This document shows positions 56,810-64,000 of a stretch of DNA of 64,000 nt, in pieces. Within the stretch, counting starts at the first letter, position 1. Each line of letters begins with the position of its first letter. A program made the position numbers and the translations under genes. Source of the DNA: Ktedonobacteria bacterium. Its GTDB lineage: Bacteria > Chloroflexota > Ktedonobacteria > Ktedonobacterales > JACDGC01. The stretch spans positions 40,230 to 104,229 of the forward strand of contig DAIDGU010000056.1 in assembly GCA_027459785.1 (NCBI GenBank), given 5' to 3'. The notes below the pieces were generated by a model. The model did no database searches. It was not told where the DNA came from and was given only the letters and a program-made list of their open reading frames with translations.

Positions 56810-58098
56810 TGCGATGGGGTCGGCGTCGTTTTGGGGGCGGGCGAGGGCGTGGTCGCCGGGCTGGCCGTCAGGGACGGGGCCGGCGTGCCGCTGCCACTGA
56901 CCGATGTTCCTGCCAGCGCCACGGGGCGGTTCGTCATGTAGCCCAGGCCCGCGCCGATGAGCCAGGCCAGCACGACCAGGCCGAAGATGGTCAACTGCAC
57001 CTTGCCCGCGCCGCTCTTGGCTTCCGCAGCGGGCGGCGCAGCAGCTTCCGCCGCGCCCGGCAGATCGGGGCGCAGGGCCGGACGGCGGCCAGTGAGCATA
57101 TTGACCATGCGCTCGCCCATGCTGGCCCCAAACGCCTCGTCTTCCCAGGGCGGGGGTCGCCGGCGACGGGGGCGCGGCTCGTCGTCGTCATAGCGTCGGC
57201 CTCGCGCGCCGCGCGGCGGCTCGTCATACTCGTCGCGCCGGCGGGGTGGTGGCCCCAGGCGCGACTCCTCGAACTCATCACGGCGCGACCGCGAACCACC
57301 ACGCGGATCATCATACTCGTCACGGCGCGACCGCGAACCACCACGCGGATCATCATACTCGTCGCGGCGGGACCGCGAGCCGCCACGCGGATCATCATAC
57401 TCGTCGTGCTGGCGAGGTGGTGGTGCCAGGCGCGACTCCTCGAACTCATCACGGCGCGACCGCGAGCCGCCACGGGGATCATCATAGTCGTCGCGCCGAC
57501 GAGGCGTGCCGCCCCGCGAACCCTCCGCATCATCACGGCGGGACCGCGAGCCGCCGCGCACATCATCATCGCGCCGCCGTGGGGGCGGTGGCCCCATCTG
57601 CGACTCCTCGAACTCGTCGCGGATGGCAGGTGCGGGGCGCGATTCCTCGATTTCCGCGCGGCGTGGACGGCTGGGCGGTGCGCTGCGGTCATCATCGCGG
57701 CGACGGGGCGGTGGCGCGCCCATGCGCGATTCTTCGAATTCGTCACGGGGCGCGCGGTCGCGGGAGCCACCACGGGCATCCGCTGGGGCATCGCGGCGCG
57801 CGCGGCTGGGCGGCGCACCACGCGCATCTTCGTCGCGGCGCGACCGTGAACCACCACGCGGATCATCGGTGTCGTCGCGCCGCCGTGGGGGCGGTGGCCC
57901 CATCTGCGACTCCTCGAATTCGTCGCGGCGACTGCTTGAACTGCGCGGCGGCTCGTCGTGGTCATCGCGCCGTGGACGGCTGGGCGGCCCACGGCGGTCG
58001 TCATCCGCGCCACCCGGACGATTGCCGCCACGGGAACCTGAGCGCGAACTTTGCTCGCGGCGTGGTGGGAGATCTTCATCCCAATTGCCGTTACCCAT
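56806..58098 (-). CDS. Low-complexity tandem-repeat protein (Arg/Asp/Glu/Ser-rich, about 8 units of RRDEYDDPRGGSRSRRDEFEESR.GPPPPRR) with a C-terminal TM helix and a Thr/Pro tail
   Basis: 430 aa; the DNA shows ~75-bp tandem repeats across 57180-57900; TM helix VQLTIFGLVVLAWLIGAGLGYM. Confidence 0.55.
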   Translation of the reverse strand: MGNGNWDEDLPPRREQSSRSGSRGGNRPGGADDDRRGPPSRPRRDDHDEPPRSSSSRRDEFEESQMGPPPPRRRDDTDDPRGGSRSRRDEDARGAPPSRARRDAPADARGGSRDRAPRDEFEESRMGAPPPRRRDDDRSAPPSRPRRAEIEESRPAPAIRDEFEESQMGPPPPRRRDDDVRGGSRSRRDDAEGSRGGTPRRRDDYDDPRGGSRSRRDEFEESRLAPPPRQHDEYDDPRGGSRSRRDEYDDPRGGSRSRRDEYDDPRGGSRSRRDEFEESRLGPPPRRRDEYDEPPRGARGRRYDDDEPRPRRRRPPPWEDEAFGASMGERMVNMLTGRRPALRPDLPGAAEAAAPPAAEAKSGAGKVQLTIFGLVVLAWLIGAGLGYMTNRPVALAGTSVSGSGTPAPSLTASPATTPSPAPKTTPTPSH

Positions 58099-58376
58099 CC
58101 CGACTGCCTCCCGCTTGTGTTATCCCGTGTGGGATAATGTGTGATGTTGGCATAGAGAGCCTATAATGATGCGACCTCAACCGATCCCCCAGACTATACC
58201 ATACAATGTGCCATCTGCCTATCATCCGCGTTCACGATATACCAGATCGGCTATACCCGCGACGTTGTACACTACAGGTAGCGGCGGTGGTGTGGTCAAC
58301 CGAACGTTGCCGGTTGGGCGTGCCGCGTGTGGAATGATCTTGGTGAACGCTATTTGCGGCTGAAGGGGTTTTTGCG

Positions 58377-61337
<2,961 letters not shown>

Positions 61338-61399
61338 GGTGGCTCTTTCGCTCAGGGATGTGCATGAAGAAATAACCTGCCATTAACGCGGCCCACGAT

Positions 61400-63060
61400 C
61401 TTCGATGACCATCTCTGAGGGCCACGGATGTTTATCGTTGACACTCCGCATAGGCTAAAGCCGTAGCGGATTCTTGGTTCAGCCAGTGGACTTGCCGGTG
61501 AGACTCACGCCCCAGCGGTAGCGGCCCCTCTGTCCCCAAGCGTTGCCTACGGTCCAGCCGTAGCCGTTGTCCCATGCCCTAGGATACGGATCGCTTCCTG
61601 CAAGATGTTCAGTGCCGCGTTGTGATCCCGATCCACAATCAGTCCACAGTGGGGACAGCAATGGGTGCGCACGCTCAGGCTTTTCTTGACGATGGCCCCA
61701 CAGCCACTACACTTCTGGCTGGTATAGGCCGGTGGAACGGCCACGCATTCGATACCGGCCAGGCCCGCATAATAGCGCACCCAGGAAAAGGGACCATCCG
61801 GCATCACTGATACTCTTGGCGAGATGATGGTTTTTCACCATGTTGCGCACCTGGAGATCTTCAAAGGCAATCAGGTCGCTAGACATGACGAGCGCGTATG
61901 CCACTTTGCGGGCATAATCTTCACGCTGCCTTTGGACATGCAAATGCTGCTTGGACAAAGCCTTGCGGGCTTTCTGATAGGTGTGCGATTGGGGACGTTT
62001 AACGTCTTTGGGTTGTGCTGGTGGCAAGGAGGTCTGTCGTGGATATTTGTTCCGTCCCTTTGCTGCTTTCGGTTTCTTGGTATCCTTGTGCCGATTGCTC
62101 TTGCGGCTGACTTCTCGCTGAAGCTTTTTTAACTTCATCTCTGCCTGGCGATAATAGCGCGGGTTGTCTACCGTGGTGCCATCGCTGTCGGTGTAGAAAG
62201 CGTTCAGCCCCACATCAATGCCCGTCTGTTTGCCAGTGGGAACATGTTCAACTTGACGCACCGCATCCACACAGAATTGGCAGTAGTAGCCATCGGCACG
62301 GCGAATGAGACGGACCCGTTTGATCTGCTTCTCAGGGAATGTCTCAATCGCCCGTGTGCCGATGAGACGCACGCGCCCGATACCCAGGCCATCCGTGAAG
62401 GTGATATGCCTGCCATCCGCATCTCGTGTCCAGCCAGCAACCTTGTACTCAATGCTGCGGCTATCATGCTTGAAACGTGGATAGCCTTTCTTGCCTGGCT
62501 TCTGCTGTTTGCAGTTCTCATAGAACCGCTGTACGGCTTTCCACGCTCGTTCTGCCGCTGCCTGACGCGCTTGGGAACCCAACTTGGCGGCAAAGGCGAA
62601 CTGCCCTGCGAGAACCGCCGTGTAGGCACTCATGGCAGCAAAGTTCTTGCCGTCCTCAGCACGATCCATCCACGCTCGGAGGCACTTGTTGCGGAGAAAT
62701 TGCCCCACCCGAATACCCTCTTCGATGGCAGTATACTGCGCTGGGGTGCCATCCAGTTTGCATTCGTAGGTGAGCATGGGGTACTTTGCCTTTCGGGCGA
62801 GATAGTCTTGCAACATCTGGATAACCTGGCTGTTAAACGAGCGGTTTTCTTGTTTTGCCAAGGCTTGGATGCGCTGGAAAAACATGAGGGGAAACCGTAC
62901 CCCCTATGTTTTTCATCGGCTCTTTTGGTGTATCCATATGCGTATTGTACGATTATAGAAGGGCGCGTAAAACCCCGCGCCTTTAGGCCGGGGATAGAAG
63001 CGCCGTCGCAGGACGCGACACCGCGCCCCGTTTGTATATTCCCCTTGCATCCTTACTGTA
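61400..63060 (-). mobile_element. IS200/IS605-family TnpB-only (IS1341-like) element, tnpB frameshifted
   Basis: TnpB ORF split between 61547..61807 and 61707..62777; structured right-end region at 61400-61546 with gccgtagcgg-type hairpins; left-end hairpins at 62880-63060; the boundaries are approximate. Confidence 0.6.
61547..62777 (-). pseudogene. tnpB: tnpB (RuvC-like, OrfB zinc ribbon) disrupted by a frameshift near 61800
   Basis: Upstream frame carries RuvC-I (IDVGLNAFYTDSDG) up to ...SISDAGWS; the other frame continues FSWVRYYAGLAGIECVAVPPAYTSQKCSGCG...CPHCG...DRDHNAALNI (zinc finger plus RuvC-III). Confidence 0.7.
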
Positions 63061-63081
63061 GTGTGTGGTATACGGTACGCA

Positions 63082-64000
63082 TGAAACATGAACGTGCGTA
63101 CCGCTATCGGTTGTACCCCACACCGGAACAGGATGCGATTCTGAGCCGGACGTTTGGCTGTACGCGCTTCGTGTATAACTGGGCCTTGCGCCTGCGCACG
63201 GATGCCTGGTATGACCGACAAGAGCGGGTCAACTATGAGGCCACCTCGGCGGCTCTGACGGCGCTGAAAAAAGAGGAGGCGACGCACTGGCTCAACGAGG
63301 TGTCCAGTGTTCCTCTGCAACAAGCCTTGCGCCATCTGGACCGCGCCTTCCGCAACTTCTTTGAAGGCCGTGCGAAGTACCCCGTCTTCAAGAAGAAACG
63401 CAACCGGCAAGCGGCGACCTATGCCAGTTCTGCCTTTACCTGGGACGGGGCGACCCGTACCCTGCAATTGGCGAAAATGGACGAGCCACTCACTATCGTG
63501 TGGTCGCGCCAGATGCCCAAGGATGCCAAGCCCAGCACGGTGACGGTGACGCGCGATGCGGCGGGCCGCTATTTCGTGAGTATCCTCATTGAAGAGGACA
63601 TCCGCCCCCAGCCCGTCACGCCTAAAATGGTCGGCCTGGACCTGGGCATCCATGACACCGTAACCCTCAGCACCGGCGAGAAAGTCGGTAATGAACGCTT
63701 CTTCCATAAAGACGAAAAGAAGCTGGCCCATGCCCAGCGTGACCTGGCCCGCAAACAGCCGGGGAGTAAGAACCGTACCAAGCAGAAGCGCAAGGTCGCA
63801 CGTATCCATGCGACCATTGCGGATCGGCGGAACGACTTCCTGCATAAACTGACGACGCGGCTGATCAACGAGAACCAAGTGATCTGTGTCGAGTCGTTGG
63901 CCGTGAAGAATATGCTCCGTAACCACAGTCTCGCCAAGGCGATTGCCGATGTGGGCTGGGGGGAACTGATCCGGCAACTGGCATACAAGGCCGCCTGGTA
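63082..64000 (+). CDS. tnpB: IS200/IS605-family TnpB, 3'-partial at the window end; absent from the ORF track because no stop lies inside the window
   Basis: Manual translation: MKHERAYRYRLYPTPEQDAILSRTFGCTRFVYNWALRLR...MVGLDLGIHDTVTLSTGEKV...CVESLAVKNM...GWGELIRQLAYKAAW (canonical TnpB N-terminus, RuvC-I D and RuvC-II E). Confidence 0.85.

Noticed and set aside
56991-58079. Alternative frames (362-aa minus strand; 306-aa and 382-aa plus strand) across the tandem-repeat gene
   Set aside because: The repetitive DNA yields open frames in several registers. The 56806..58098 frame was chosen because it has a coherent TM anchor and acidic/basic periodicity. Confidence is only moderate.
62913-63977. 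354-aa minus-strand ORF overlapping the second tnpB
   Set aside because: The plus-strand translation gives a canonical TnpB (MKHERAYRYRLYPTPEQ...). The minus-strand ORF is low-complexity antisense.

Overview
High-GC (~65%) bacterial chromosomal window; the taxon cannot be established from sequence alone. The backbone is housekeeping genes: a nusG 3' end, rplK, tRNA-Thr(CGT), folD next to an FTCD-type cyclodeaminase, purQ, tsaE-tsaB-rimI, glyQS, murF, guaA, folC, accD/accA and polA. These are interleaved with accessory genes: an ECF sigma/anti-sigma pair, a DUF433/DUF5615 toxin-antitoxin-like pair, a FmrO/ArmA-family 16S rRNA methyltransferase, a TPR-CHAT protein, an orphan cheX, a degenerate ParA-like protein, and CHRD, SPFH and Lrp-EamA genes. 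The region is unusually repeat-rich. At least three dispersed palindromic repeat families (called A, B and C here) occupy many intergenic spacers, and two copies sit in-frame inside coding sequences (a GT87 membrane protein and the polA linker). Two compositionally atypical islands stand out. One is a ~1.2 kb segment at ~42% GC (37.56-38.76 kb) that encodes an orphan two-TM protein and is the best candidate for something previously undescribed. The other is a ~50% GC gene at 30.9-32.0 kb. The window ends with two divergent IS200/IS605-family TnpB-only elements directly downstream of polA; one is frameshifted and the other runs off the window edge. Many long ORFs in the six-frame track are antisense artefacts of high GC and were not called. 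Coordinates derived from counting sequence lines may be off by 1-2 nt.
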